Shown: positions 48,963-62,083 of the stretch, piece after piece
Numbering within the stretch: the first letter of the stretch is position 1
How the letters are laid out: every line of letters begins with the position of its first letter
DNA from: Malacoraja senta
Lineage: Eukaryota
Length of the DNA stretch: 64,000 nucleotides
Reading direction: 5' to 3'
Assembly (NCBI GenBank): GCA_038087875.1
Contig: CM075996.1
Span: forward strand, 3,598,001 to 3,662,000
The notes under the pieces: generated by a model
Told to the model about the DNA's origin: nothing
What the model saw: the letters and a program-made list of their open reading frames with translations, nothing else
Database searches by the model: none
Made by a program: the position numbers and the translations under genes

Positions 48963-49564
48963 GAGGGGCCTGTTTCCGTGCTCTACGCAATAACGATTTA
49001 GTGGTGCAGCGGTAGAGTTGTCGCCTTAAAGCGTTCGATCCTGGCTATGGGCGCTGTCTGGATGGAGTTTGCACGTTCTCCCCGTGACCCCATCGGTTTT
49101 CCCAGGGAGCTCCTGTTTCCTCCCATATTCTAAAGAAGCACAGGTTAGTAGGTTAATTGGTAAAGATTGTAAATTGTCCCTAGTGTGTGTAGGATTGTGC
49201 TAGTGAATGGTCGGCACAGACTTGCTGGGCCGGTGGGCCGAAGGGCCTGTTTCCGTGCTGTATTCGAGCCGATTCAGTCTCTGTCTATAGGTTAGGCCGG
49301 GTTTTTCTTCCTTGCTAAAGAGTGAAAGGCTTGGATAGAGTTGACGTGGAGAGGTTGTTTCCACTAGTGGGAGAGTCTAGGACTAATGGTCATAGCTTCA
49401 GAATTAAAGGACGTTCTTTTAGGAAGGAGATGAGGAGGAACTTCTAGTCAGAGAGTGGTGAATCTGTGTAGGAAGGAACTGCAGATGCTGGTTTAAACCA
49501 AAGATAGACACAAAAAGCTGGAGTAACTCAGCGGGGCAGGCACCATCTCTGAAGAGAAGGAATC

Positions 49565-50127
49565 AAGTCAAGTCAGTTTTATTTCTATAGCACATTTAAA
49601 AACAACTCTCGTTGACCAAAGTGCTTTACATCAGTGCAGGTACTAACATGCTACATACAGTGGTACATAGATCTAACAATACATACATAAATACATACAT
49701 ACAGCGCTCCCTCAGAGGACCTCAAGAAACGCTTGTGAGTAAAAATAAGTTTTAAGTCTAGACTTAAAAGAGTTGACGGACGGGGCAGCTCTGATGGGAA
49801 GAGGGATGCTGTTCCATAGTCCAGGTGCAGCAACCGCAAAAGCGCGGTCACCCCTGAGCTTATGCCTGGACCGAGGGATGGTCAGTAATCCCAAGTTGGC
49901 CGATCTGAGGGACCTGGAGGTGGTGTGGTGGGTTAGCAGATTTCTAATGTAGGTGGGGGCAAGCCCGTTAAGGGCTTTGTAGACATAAAGGAGGATCTTG
50001 AAATTGATTCTGAACCACACTGGGAGCCAGTGGAGAGAGGCCAGAATCGGGGTGATATGGTCCCTTTTTCAGGTGCCCGTCAGAAGTCTCGCTGCGGCGT
50101 TTTGGACCAATTGCAGGCGGGACAGGG
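49565..50127 (-). mobile_element. L2 LINE 3' fragment, same family as 7200-7820
   Basis: RINFKILLYVYKALNGLAPTYI...RAFAVAAPGLWNSIP; matching 3' UTR. Confidence 0.88.
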
Positions 50128-50949
50128 ATGAATGGGTGACATTTCGGGTCGAGACCCTTCTTCAGACAGCTTTTTGTGTCTATCTTCGGTGGAGACTCTG
50201 TGGAATTCTTTGCCACAGAAGGCTGTGCAGGCAAAGTCAGTGGATATATTTAAGGCAGAGATAGAAAGATTCTTGATTAGTACGGGTGTCAGGGGTTATG
50301 GGGAGAAGGCAGGAGAATGGGGTAAGGAGGGAGAGATAGAACAGCCATGATTGGATGGTGGAGTAGACTTGGCCTAATTCCACTCCTATCACATGATCTT
50401 ATGATCTTATGAAGAGGGACCTGATAGAGGTGTACAGTATTGAGGTGCATCGATACATACTGTAGCTCCCAGTAAACTGTTCTCCTTAGCACAGTTTTCC
50501 AACAGGAGGGCATAGGTTTAAGCTAAGGAGTAAGAGGTTTAGAGAGGGTGTAAGGAGGAATATTTTGTCCAAACGGTGGTTGGAATCTGGAACACAACTA
50601 GAAAGCAGTCCTGATCTACTATCTACCTCATTGGTGACCCTCTGACTATCTTTGATCAGACTTTGCTGGCTTTACTTTGCACTGAACGTTATTCCCTTAT
50701 CCTGTATCTATACACTGTAAATGGCTCGATTGTAATCAGGTATTGTTTTCCGCTGACTGGTCAGCATGCAACAAAAGCTTTTCACTGTACCTTGATACAT
50801 GTGACAATAAACTAAACTGAACTGGAGGCAGAAACTCTCATATCACCCAGACCAGTATTTGAATGACCAAGGCAGTGAAGGATTTTGGCTGTGGACCAAA
50901 AGCTGGTAAATAGGTGCAGTAATGACGGGTACAATGGTCAACTTGGACA

Positions 50950-51338
50950 ACTTCACTGGGGTGGAACCCTCTCCAAGACAGACGTGAAGCTCTCCGTTTG
51001 ACCTGTTTTTACAAAATGTTAAATGGCCAGCTCGACATAGTTTACAAAACCTACACCAAGCCCAAACCAATTAGGAGCAGACGAGGGCATTCGATCCAAT
51101 TTGAGATTCCAGCTACCAAGACAGATGTGTACAGCAATTCATTCTTCCCCCGCACAATTAAAGCATGGAATAATCTCCACCCTACTATAGTTACCCAACC
51201 AGATGCAACTAAATTTAAGGTAGCTCTTTCTTCCCAAAAACCCTTTCTGGCTTAAGTCCCTCCCTCCACCACCTCCAGTTTAAATTCCATTTGGAATATA
51301 TTGGAGGACCAAGAAACCAAGAAGAACCAAGAAGAAGA
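50950..51338 (+). mobile_element. 3' fragment of a distinct CR1/L2-group LINE
   Basis: LQDRREALRLTCFYKM...RSRRGHS...YSNSFFPRTIKAWNNL; tail of ACCAAGA/AAG repeats; inserted in an old CR1 tail. Confidence 0.7.
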
Positions 51339-51998
51339 TGGGATGGAGGGTCTATTTCTGAATGTATGACTCTGACTCGAAGAAAGGTCGGGAAGGTTTG
51401 ACCTGTAATCATCAGCGTACAAAACATGGGAAGTGATTTTATTGAAACAAGCAAGATTCTGAGGGACACAAAGTGCTGGAGTAACTCAGCAGGTCAGGCA
51501 GCATCTCTGGAGAACGTGGACTGGTGATGTTTTGGGTCGGGACCCTTCTTCAGACAACCTACCCGAAATGTCACCTATCCATGTCCTACAGAGATGCTGC
51601 CTGAAGTGCTAAGTTACTCCAGCACTTTGTATCTTTTTTGTTGTTGTAAAATAGCAGTTCATTGTTGCCAGGATTCTGAGTAGGTGTCGAGAGGATGTTT
51701 GACGTGATGGAGGAAAATACAGAATTATTGGGGCTTAACCTTTGAATAAAAGGGTCACCCTTTTCCTGATGAAGATAGTGAGAGATCTCTTCTCTCAGGG
51801 TTGTGAATCAACGGATTCTCTTCCCCAGAGAGCTGTGGGATATATTCAAGGCAGGAATTGAAATCCATTAATATTGACGCATGAAGATGCATGGTATGGA
51901 GGGATAGGGTGCACCTGGGGGGAGGATTGGTCTAAGCAGGTATTATGTTCAGAACAGATATCGTGTGCCAGTGGACCTCTTCCTGTGCTGTACAATTC

Positions 51999-52190
51999 TA
52001 GAAACATAGAAACATAGAAAATAGATGCAGGAGGAGGCCATTCGGCCCTTCGAGCCAGCACCGCCATTCATTGTGATCATGGCTGATCGTCCCCTATCAA
52101 TAACCCGTGCCTGCCTTCTCCCCATATCCCCTGACTCCACCAGCCCCTAGAGCTCTATCTAACTCTCTCTTAAATCCATCCAGTGACTTA
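51999..52190 (-). mobile_element. CR1 3' end, subfamily B
   Basis: Matches 21642-21830. Confidence 0.85.
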
Positions 52191-52754
52191 ATAATAATAA
52201 TAATAAATTTTATTTATGGCCGCCTTTCAAGAGTCTCAAGGACACCTTACAAGATTTAACAAATAGTGCAAAAACATGTAAGCGGAATGAAATAAATAGT
52301 AAAGACATCACCAGTACACAAATTAAAGACAGAATTCAATCCGAAAACAAAAATCAAAAACACAATATGAAAGAGAGAGCAGCGGCTGCTAAAACGCGCC
52401 AGCGTCCACTCTCCCTTCCGGCAGCCATCTTGGACACAGAATAAAATAATCATTTACACACAAAAATGTACACACATTTTCAAAATTTACAAAATTTACA
52501 CACATTTTCTCACCTCAGTCTTAAATGGCTTCCCCATTTATTCTAAGAGCTTCCCCTTTATTCTAAGTTTTATATTTAAACTTACGAAGGGGGTGAAGCC
52601 AAGAAATATGGGGCGAGAGTGTGAAAATGGTGTTGCAGCTGAGATCTTATTGATTGACCGAGTGGACTGGTGTGCCTGATTGACTGATTCCTGCTACTGT
52701 TATTTTTCATTTTGGGCCTATCCCACTGAGGCGATTTTTTTAGGCAACTGCAGG

Positions 52755-54152
52755 TGTTCTCCTTTTAATATAGGAGCGATCCTCTTCTCCCCGATAAAAT
52801 TAAACAATACAATCTATAAGAAGAACCCAATTATTCACAGCACAATTCGAATTTGGAAGCAAATAAAACTAACTTTGAAAGTAAGAAATTTATCGCTTTT
52901 AACTCCAATAGTAAATAACCCCTCATTTAAGCCATCTCTTATTGATAAAGCGTATACCTTTTGGGAAAGATTAGGAATTAAAAGCTTTGGAGATTTGTAT
53001 GAAATGGGATTTTTTTTTATCATTTCAACAACTACAATTAAAATACAACTTGAAAAATAATCAATACTTTAAATACCTCCAAATCAGAGATTATTTGAAA
53101 CAACACATACAAGGATATCAAAATATAACTTTAGATTCACTAGATGAAGCGATGAATATTAAAGCAGATTCAAGCAATTTAATATCATACTTATATAATA
53201 TTATTTTAAATATAGAACCTCCATTGACAGAGGCAATTAGAGTAGATTGGGAACAAGAATTACAGGTAAAAATTGCGAAAGAAGCATGGGAAAAATACCT
53301 GATATATATACATAAATGTTCGATTAATGCAAAACATAATTTAATCCAATTAAACATTTTACATAGACTATATTACTCGAAAACTAGATTGAATAAATGT
53401 TATCCAAATATCTCACCAATATGTGATAAATGCTTAGCTGAGAATGCCAATATAACACACTCTTTTGTCTCCTGTATAAAACTTCATAAATTCTGGAATG
53501 AAATTTTTGAAATGTTAACAAAATTATTTAATAGAAGACTGGAACCGAATACAGAATTGATTATCTTTGGATCAATGGAAGATGGGAATAAGCTAAATAC
53601 GTATCAAAAATCCTTACTTAATTACGGTTTAATAATGGCAAAAAAAATCATACTTAAATTTTGGAAAACTTCGCCAACACCAACGGTGAAAATGTGGACT
53701 TCAAATCTGTCAGAAATGGCATATCTTGAAGAAATACGACTCCTTCTAGTAGGTAAGGTAGACCTCTTCTTATTGATATGGTCTCCCTTTATCGACTTGC
53801 TACAAGCATATGGTGCAACACAATCATAGAAATATAATGGTTCAGAAACAGGTGACTGGGGGTAGGATTATCAAATAGATATTTCGCTTTCAATCTCCTT
53901 TCCTCTTCTCTTTTGTTTCTTTTTTCTTTCTTTCTTCTCTTCCTATTTTTTCTCCTCATTTTTTTTCTAGGGCTATTTTGCTATCTCACGCAACACTTCA
54001 TCTCAATCTTTCCTTTTGTAATCTTTCATTTCTTATTTTTGCTTTATTATTAAATTAAAAATAAGAAGTTGTATATGAAATGTAATATGTCAATAAGTAT
54101 TAGGTACTTTGGTACCACATTATTGTACTTACTTCTAAAAAATAAATAAAAT
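52755..54152 (+). mobile_element. L1-clade LINE 3' fragment (ORF2 C-terminus with CCHC zinc knuckle, 3' UTR, A-rich tail)
   Basis: NPIIHSTIRIWKQI...FKYLQIRDYL...QLNILHRLYYSKTRL...CDKC-x8-HSFVSC..FW; one frameshift at the poly-T near 53010; very AT-rich; lies inside a split Harbinger MITE (52714-52754 and about 54170-54357). Confidence 0.88.
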
Positions 54153-54462
54153 AACTTTAGTATAATTTTTTTAAATTTTTTTAAAGTTTTCAACATGTTG
54201 AAAATTTTTCAGCGACAGTGGGTTTGACGCCAATGAGCGTAGCTTGACTTCTCCTGACGTAGGTGCTGTCGTAGGTTGTCGCCAGGATGATGTAGGTTGT
54301 CGCCGTTTTTCCGGCGACCTGCTACAACTATGACAGTCGCCGGCAGTTGCCTAAAAAATGGTCTCCTGTTCCCATGTAACTGTTGCAATGTAAGTGGTAA
54401 GCTACTTTGCTTCCTATGTAATGGGTTCAATGGCTTAAACCCTCAGTCCTGTTCCTGCTTTA

Positions 54463-54779
54463 TGGGGCTGTCCCACTGTACGAGCTAATTCAAGAGTTCT
54501 CCTGAGTTTCCCGAGATTCGAACTCGGAGAATTCTAGTAATAGCCACTCGTAGGTACTTGGGGCTCTCGTGGACATTTTTCAACATGTTGAAAAATCTTC
54601 ATGAGTCTTCCCGAGCTTACCGCGTTTCCCGAGTACCTGCCATTAGCGTTACGAGCCGCTAAGAGACGTCCCGAGCTCCGATGTACCCGCTACATACATT
54701 CTACGTGCTTACCACGAGTTTGATTATTTTTAAAACTCGGGAGAGCTCTTGAATTAGCTCGTACAGTGGGACAGCCCCA
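54463..54779. mobile_element. PIF/Harbinger-type MITE
   Basis: Perfect inverted arms TGGGGCTGTCCCACTGTACGAGCTAATTCAAGAG; flanks TTA and TAA; related to the 22512 element. Confidence 0.8.
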
Positions 54780-54818
54780 TAACTGGTGCAAGGGGCTGAA
54801 TAGATTCCTCCTCTATCT

Positions 54819-55410
54819 CAATAGACAATAGACAATAGACAATAGGTGCAGGAGTAGGCCATTCGGCCCTTCGAGCCAGCACCGCCATTCAATGTGATCA
54901 TGGCTGATCATCCTGAATAAGTACCCCGTTCCTGACTTCTCCCCATATCCCCTGACTCTGCTATTTTTAAGAGCCCTATCTAGCTCTCTCTTGAAAGTAT
55001 CCAGAGAACCTGCCTCCACCGACCTCTGAGGCAGAGAATTCCACAGACTCGCAACTCTCTGTGAGGAAAAAGTGTTTCCTCGTCTCCGTTCTAAATGGCT
55101 TACCCCTTATTCTTAAACTGTGGCCCCTGGTTCTGGACTCCCCCAACATCGGGAACATGTTTCCTGCCTCTAGCGTGTCCAAGCCCTTAACAATCTTATA
55201 TGTTTCAATGAGATCCGCTCTCATCTTTCTAAACTCCAGAGTGTACAAGCCCAGCTGCTCCATTCTCTCAGCATATGACAGTCCCGGGAATTAACCTTGT
55301 AAACCTACACTGCACTCCTTCAATAGCAAGAATGTCCTTCCTCAAATTGGGGGACCAAAACTGCACACAATACTCCAGGTGTGGTCTCACTAGGGCCCTG
55401 TACAACTGCA
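54819..55410 (-). mobile_element. CR1 LINE 3' fragment, subfamily A
   Basis: (CTATTGT)x4 tail; ORF2 motifs with frameshifts. Confidence 0.9.
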
Positions 55411-56367
55411 TTCAAAAATCGTTTTAGAATGAAAGATTCTCAAATCGTTTGAGGGTGTGATAGGGAGAGTTAATAGATGGGAACCTCGTAAGTTCTTAAG
55501 TTCCAGGAGCAGAATTAGGCCATTTGGTCCATCAAGTCTACTCTTCCATTCAATCATGGCTGATCTATCTTTCCCTCTCAACCCCATTCTCCTGCCTTCT
55601 ACCCGGAATCCAGAGGTGTGCGTTTTCACACTTCTATACCTTTTGCCTGATGGGAGAAGGGAGGAGAGAGAATGGTCAGGGTGCGACTGGTCCTTGATTA
55701 TGCTGCTGGCCTTGCTGAGGCAGCGTGAGGTATAAATGGAGTCAATAGAAGGGAGGTTGGTTTGTGTGATGGTCTGGGCTGCGTCCACAATTCGCTGCAA
55801 TTTCTTACGGTCTTGGATGGAGCTGTTCCCAAGCCATATTTAATGGCAGGGCAGGCTTGAGGGGCCGAGTGGCCTACTCCTGCTCCTATCTTCCTCTGTT
55901 CCTGTGCAAAATATACGAGAGGACAATGGAAGTCGGGAATGTGCTTGGATTACATGTTTTCACTCAGTCAGTTTGATGAAGCATCATAAGCTCTGCTTTC
56001 CATTTGAACATGAGAATACAACAAGATTTTAACGTACTTTATTGAAATGTGTGATAAAAATAAATTGCATTTACACCTTGCTTTAATTTGTATTGATGGG
56101 AAATGCTGTTGTGCATAACATATATTGCAAACACATTAATCATGACAAAAATAATATTGGATTATTATTTGTCATCATACCATAGATAAAGTGTCACTGT
56201 CAGGAAAACAAGTCATTGGACCTGGATGGTTCACATTTAAATTGAAGTCCCACTTTTGTGTCTTCTCAACACGTTTCATCTTTCCCTACCACACAAACCA
56301 ATCTACCTCATCAGGGACCCTCGGACTATCTTTGATCAGACTTTGTTGGCTTTACCTTGCACTAAAC

Positions 56368-56851
56368 TAGGGGTGGGGAACCTTTTCATGTTGGAATGCC
56401 GCATTAAGTTAGCTGTAATCTAACAAGGCCGCATCCAAGAAACTTCAATTAGATACACTTCAAAATGTACATTATTTTGTTAAAATCGCCCTCATGACTT
56501 ACTAGTGTTTTAATTGTGGCCGTTAGTCGGGGAGGATTATTTCATTGAATCTTCTTTGACTCTTTGTTATTTTAAATACGTTCATTTTAAGATTAAAATA
56601 AAAAGAATAAAAGATGAACAAAAACATATTAATAAAAATAAAAGGTAGACAAAAATGCTGGAGAAACTCAGCGGGTGAGGCAGCATCTATGGAGCGGAGC
56701 TAATAGGCGACGTTTCGGGTCGAGACCCTTCTTCAGATCTGCATCTGCAGTTCCTTCTTAAATAAAAATAAAAAGATTTATTCTATAAAATTAGGATTCG
56801 TTCAAAAGGGCCGCACTTAATGGCCTTAAGGCCGCAGGTTCCCCACCCCTG
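56368..56851. mobile_element. Non-autonomous hAT (Charlie-like), second copy, opposite orientation to 13903
   Basis: TIR (T)AGGGGTGGGGAACC / GGTTCCCCACCCCTG; 8-bp TSD CACTAAAC; contains a Penelope pLTR insertion 56645-56760 with TSD AATAAAAATAAAAG. Confidence 0.9.
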
Positions 56852-57320
56852 CACTAAACGTTATTCCCTTATCATGTATCTGTACACTGTGAACGACTCG
56901 ATTGTAATCAGATATTGTCTTTCCGCTGGCTGGTTAGCACACAACAAAAGCTTTTCACTGTACCTTGGTACACGTGACAATAAACTGAACTGAACTGAAT
57001 TGAACTGAACCATGGCTGCTCATTCAACTTCTCCTAAAATGTACCCCAATGGGTGAATTAAGTGAATGAGTTCTGCATCCTTCCCCATTTTGATAAGGGT
57101 GGCTCTCCTGAATGTTGTGTTAAATATCTTTCTGAGGCAGGCTTATGGTCCTGCTTTTGAACTCTCCCCACATCATTTAAAATACATTAGAACAGGAAAG
57201 TTTGAGAGGGATATGGGTCTAACGTGGGCAAATTAGACGAGCTTAGTTGGAGCATCTAGAAACCCAATTCGGCATGGACAGATTGGGCCAAAGGTCCACT
57301 TCCACTGCTGCATGACTTAA

Positions 57321-57518
57321 AGGGCCTGTCCCACTTGGGCGTCATTTGCGCGTCACGCAGATGGCGAGCGAAGATTTTGTACATCCCAAAAATCCTGGAG
57401 CGCCACACCCGACCGCACGTCACTGCCTACGTCACCACGCACCACGCGCGCGTAATGTGCACCATGCAATGATGTCGCGTCAATTACGCGCAAATGACTC
57501 CCAAGTGGGACAGGCCCT
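57321..57518. mobile_element. PIF/Harbinger-type MITE (198 bp)
   Basis: TIR AGGGCCTGTCCCACTTGGG / CCCAAGTGGGACAGGCCCT; TAA on both sides. Confidence 0.82.
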
Positions 57519-58087
57519 TAAGGATTTCCATTAGGAATCCACACCTTAATATTAAATCTATTCAATCTTTCCTGACAGTTTTAAGCTCTGAATCTGAAAT
57601 ATCCAACTAAATTTTATTGCATAGAGCACAGAAACAGGCCCCTCAACCCATTGAACCCACAACAATCATCAAATACCCATTGACACTGATACTATTTTAA
57701 TCTACCCGCATTCGGTCTGCGCCGACCAGCGATCCCCGCACACCTACACGATCCTACACACACTAGGGGCAATTTACATTTCTTCCAAGCCAATTAGTAT
57801 ACAAGCCTGTACGTCGTTGGAGTGTGGGAGGAAACTGAAGAACTCGGAGAAAACCCACTCAGGTCACGGGGAGAATGTATAATCTCCGTGCAGACAGCAG
57901 CCGTATTCAGGATCAAACCCGGGTCTCTGGCGTGTAAGGCTGAAACTTTTACCGCTGCACCACCGTGCCACCCTGGAGTTCTTGAACTGTTCAACAAAGA
58001 TCGCATCACTTCAGAGTTGAGGGAGAATATCCTAGAAGGGTCTTTAAACAAAGGTCAAATGGGTAGAGATTAGGAACTAAAATGGGT

Positions 58088-58305
58088 AGACAAAAATGTT
58101 GGAGAAACTCAGCGGGTGAGGCAGGATCTATGGAGCGAAGGAAATAGGCGACGTTTCGGGACCCGAAACGTCGCCTATTTCCTTCGCTCCATAGAGACCC
58201 AAAACGTCGCCTATTTCCTTCCCTCCATAGATGCTGCCTCACCCGCTGAGTTTCTCCAGCATTTTTGTCTACCTTCGATTTTCCAGCATCTGCAGTTCCT
58301 TCTTA
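58088..58305. mobile_element. Penelope-derived fold-back insertion
   Basis: 13-bp TSD AACTAAAATGGGT (58075-58087, 58306-58318); symmetry centre GACGTTTCGGGACCCGAAACGTC. Confidence 0.8.
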
Positions 58306-58924
58306 AACTAAAATGGGTTGTCACTTTCCTGGTATATATTACAGACCTCCGGCAATCAATAGGAATAGATGAACATACAGGTTTGTGGGTTAATTAGCTT
58401 GGGCTTGTATACTTGGTATAAGTGTAAATTGTCCTTGGTGTTTGCCGGCTTGTGTTAATGTGCGGGGGACGTGCTGGTCGGTGCGGACTCGGAGGGCCGA
58501 AGGGCCTGTTTCCGTGATGTATCTCCACACTAAACTAAAATGAACAGATATATAGGCAGATATTAGAGAGCTGTAATAAAATCGGGTTATCATATTGGGA
58601 AATCCAGTGTCCCAAATATTAACTGGGATTGCCTAAGCCTTAAAGGGACAGAATTTTTTAGTTGTGTCCAGGGGAGATGTTTGGCACAGCATGCAGGTGA
58701 AGATTAGAAATGATATACATGACAACAATTGGGAAGTACTGACTGGGGAGGGAAGTCAAGAGTGTAAAATGTGTAGGGAGGGAGATGCTGAAATAGGAAA
58801 TTAGAAAAACTAAAATGGGTCATGAGAAATCACTGGCAGAGAAATCGCTGGTAGACAATCCAAAGGTGTTCTATAGGTATATTAAGGCCAAAAGAATAAC
58901 TAAGAAAAAAATTAGGAACCATTA

Positions 58925-59240
58925 GGGCAGTATGGTGGTGCAACGATAAATTTGCTGCCTCACAGCGCCAGAGACCTGGGTTCGATCTGGAATATGGATG
59001 CCGTCTGTACGGAGTTTGTATGTTCTCCCCGTGACCACAGTGGGTTTTCTCTGAGAGCTCCGGTTTCCTCCCACACACCAAAAGACGTACAGGTTTCTAC
59101 GCCAATTGGCTCGGTAAAATTGTAAATTGTCCCGTGTGTGTGTGTAGGATAGTGTTAGTGTGCGGGGATCGCTGGTCGGCGCGGACTCGGTGGGTCGAAG
59201 GGCCTGTTTCCTCGCTGTATCTTTAAACTAAACTGAACTA
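58925..59240 (+). mobile_element. V-SINE (HE1-like)
   Basis: Full-length; splits an old CR1 (about 58540-60000). Confidence 0.85.
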
Positions 59241-59540
59241 GTCAGTGAGATCGTGGGCAATGTATGCGTGCAGTCGGAAGTTGTGGGTGAGGTATAAATG
59301 AATACTTTTCATCAGTATTCACAAAGGGAGCAGACTTTGTCGTTTAGGATTCAGTGAAGGAGGAGGTGAAGGTCAGGGACAGGAATCCATAACAAGGAGA
59401 AGGTAGGTCCGTTCCTCTGGGAGAGGGGGGAGGTTAAGAGGGGACATGACTGTGGCATATAAAATCATAAAAGGTTAGATAGTCTAAACTGCAAGAATCT
59501 ATTCTCCAGAGAAGTCGTAGATAAAATTTGAACAGCACAG

Positions 59541-59862
59541 AGCGGCACGGTGGCTCAGCGGTAGAGTTGCTGCCTCACAGCGCCAGAGACCCGAGTTTGA
59601 TCCTGGTTACGGATGCCGTCTGTATGGAGTTAGTACGTCCTTCCTGTGACCACGTGGGTTTTCTCCGGGAGCTCTGGTTTCCTCCCACACTCGAAAGATG
59701 TACAGGTTTGTAGACTAATTGGCTTGGTTAAAAATGTTTAATTGTCCGTGGTGTGTAGGATAATGCTAGTGTATGGGGTGGTCACTAGTCGGTGCGGACT
59801 TGGTGGGCCAAATGGCCTATTTCCACGCTGTATCTCTAAACTAAATGAAACCAAACTAAACG
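59541..59862 (+). mobile_element. V-SINE (HE1-like)
   Basis: A box TGGCTCAGCGG, V-domain, tail. Confidence 0.85.
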
Positions 59863-62083
59863 AAAGGACACAGATTTAGGATAAGGGGAAGGGAATGAGG
59901 GGATACGAGAGGGGTCCTTTTTCACCCCGAAAGTGGTAAGCACAGATTGGGTGGAATTGGGGCTTGCCTGGAGACTGAATAGGCGAAAGGCGATTGTGGC
60001 ATAGATATGTGTTTCACTTATCTTGCAGAGGCCATAGAGTCATAGAGTGATACAGCGTGGAAACAGGCCCTTCGGCCCAACTTGCCCATGCCGGCCCACA
60101 TGCCCCAGCTACACTAATCCCACCTGCCTGCGTTTGGTCCATATTCCTCCCAACCTGTCCTATCCATGTATGCATGTAGGTCCCAAGCCATTGCGTTTAC
60201 ACGGGCACCTTGTGTGGGGCATGCTGCTGGGATGTTGCAGTTCCCTTGCTGTGGGAATGACAAGATCCTGTCCACCCTGATGCAACCATTCCCAATGGCA
60301 TCCAGGGGGACCTTCCCCCAAAGGCTTGGTCACATTGTCCAAGGGCTGTGGTGGAGAGCATCTGGAAGAAGTTGTAACTGCATTCCATTCCAGAGAAAGA
60401 TTGATTAAATGAATAAAAACAGCTTTAAGCAATTGAATTTCCAGACAATTAAGTTGGAATCCTAATTCCTTGCTGGACACCTCCCATTGTGCTGAGATGG
60501 ATTGATCAATGTCCCCTGAAGCTTGTTTTACCCCAATTTAGAACTTTATCACCTGGTCAGTCATTGCCTTTTTTTTACAACTGTGGTAAATGTAACTAAA
60601 TTATTATCTGTGTGTGTGTGTGTGTTTAAAGATGGTGGACCTCTTAATTTGTCCTCCGTTTCTCTGTTTGTCATTTCCCCACGTCATCCTCTTCTTGGTC
60701 AATGTCTATTTCATCCACGAAGAGAATACAAATCCATAAATACACATGACATCTGCCTGTATGATCTGTTGCTGCTTTGTTCTCTGGAAGATGGTGCAAG
60801 GTTGATGACCAGAGGGCATAGATTTAAGATAATTGGCAGAAGAATCAGAGCCAAGAAGAGAATGTTTATCCTCCGGGGGGGGATTATGATCTCGGACGGT
60901 CTGCTTGGGAGAGACATGGAAACTGATTTAATGATAACCTTCAAAAGAGAATTGGATGTATTGAAGGGAAAAAAACACTGCACAGCTCTGGAGAATGCGT
61001 AGGGGTAGGACTAATTGGATAGCTATTTCAATTGGACGCGGGATACAAATGCAAGGTCTTTCTTCCTCTTTTATGTTTCTCACTGGCAGTGGTGCAGAAA
61101 TGGTGTTGAGTAATGAACTGGAGAGTTTGGCAGGTTAGTAGCCTGGACTGGTTCGCGGCCAGGATGCAGCAGGCTGTGACGTACAGTGGAACAGTAATTG
61201 ATTAGAAGTTAATGGAAGATGCAAGGAGATGATTTAACGTCGGATTCAACCAGCCGAAACTGTCGAAACTGCCCAAGATCCACCTGGGGGGCCCAGAGCC
61301 ATCACAAATCGGATTGTATGTCCTGACACAGCCATGTAATGAACAGCTGTATTGGTGGAATCGAGTGTTCAGCCGACATGGTCCGTACCAGCTGAAGTGC
61401 AGTGCTGTGCCTCCTTGTACTTGAGCAACCTCTGGCGACATGAACCCACAAAGCCTACCTTCAGGCACTTAGCAACGTCTAGGCAAGGATCGCTCAGTCG
61501 ACGCTTTGGGGCACAACAACATCAATGAAACTACATTCCTTGTCCACCTCGACTTGTCGTCAAGGCATTAAGAAGCAACCAAGCGATGTGGTGTTGGAGC
61601 CCCCATGTACACTTACCTTTCCCGAGGACGTTGGTGAACCAATTAATTTTTTATCGGATTTGGCAGCTTGCTTCATTATTTTAGAAATGGACCAACTCTG
61701 AATTGGTGTTTGGCTGGTTGGTGCTGAACGTATGTGAGGCCGTCCGACTGTTGTGCTCCATCTCGCAAATCTGCGTTCACAGCCAGTGAGACCAAGTGTG
61801 AGGACTGAGGACAGCAGATAGCCGACAACCTTATATATGCGATTGGCAAAGATGGATTTAGAGTCAAGGAGTCGCAGACGGAAACAGGCTCTTCAGCCCA
61901 ACTTGTCCGTGCCAACCAGGATGTTCTACCTAACTTGCCGACTCCATCCATACTTCACGCTATACTTTCTCAATAAAGCAGCCACCATTATCAAGGACTG
62001 CTCACACCCCAGTCAATCTCTCTTCTCCCCTTTCCTGTCGGGCAGAAGATACAAAAGCTTGAAAGCGCGTACCACCAGACTTA

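Noticed and set aside
52987..53829. 280-aa AT-rich ORF as foreign or viral gene
   Set aside because: L1-clade ORF2 C-terminus with zinc knuckle, frameshift, 3' UTR and A-rich tail.
61705..61730. REST/NRSE site (GGTGCTGAA half-site), expected near GRIN genes
   Set aside because: The second half-site (CTGTCC) is missing; no full RE1 was spotted by eye.
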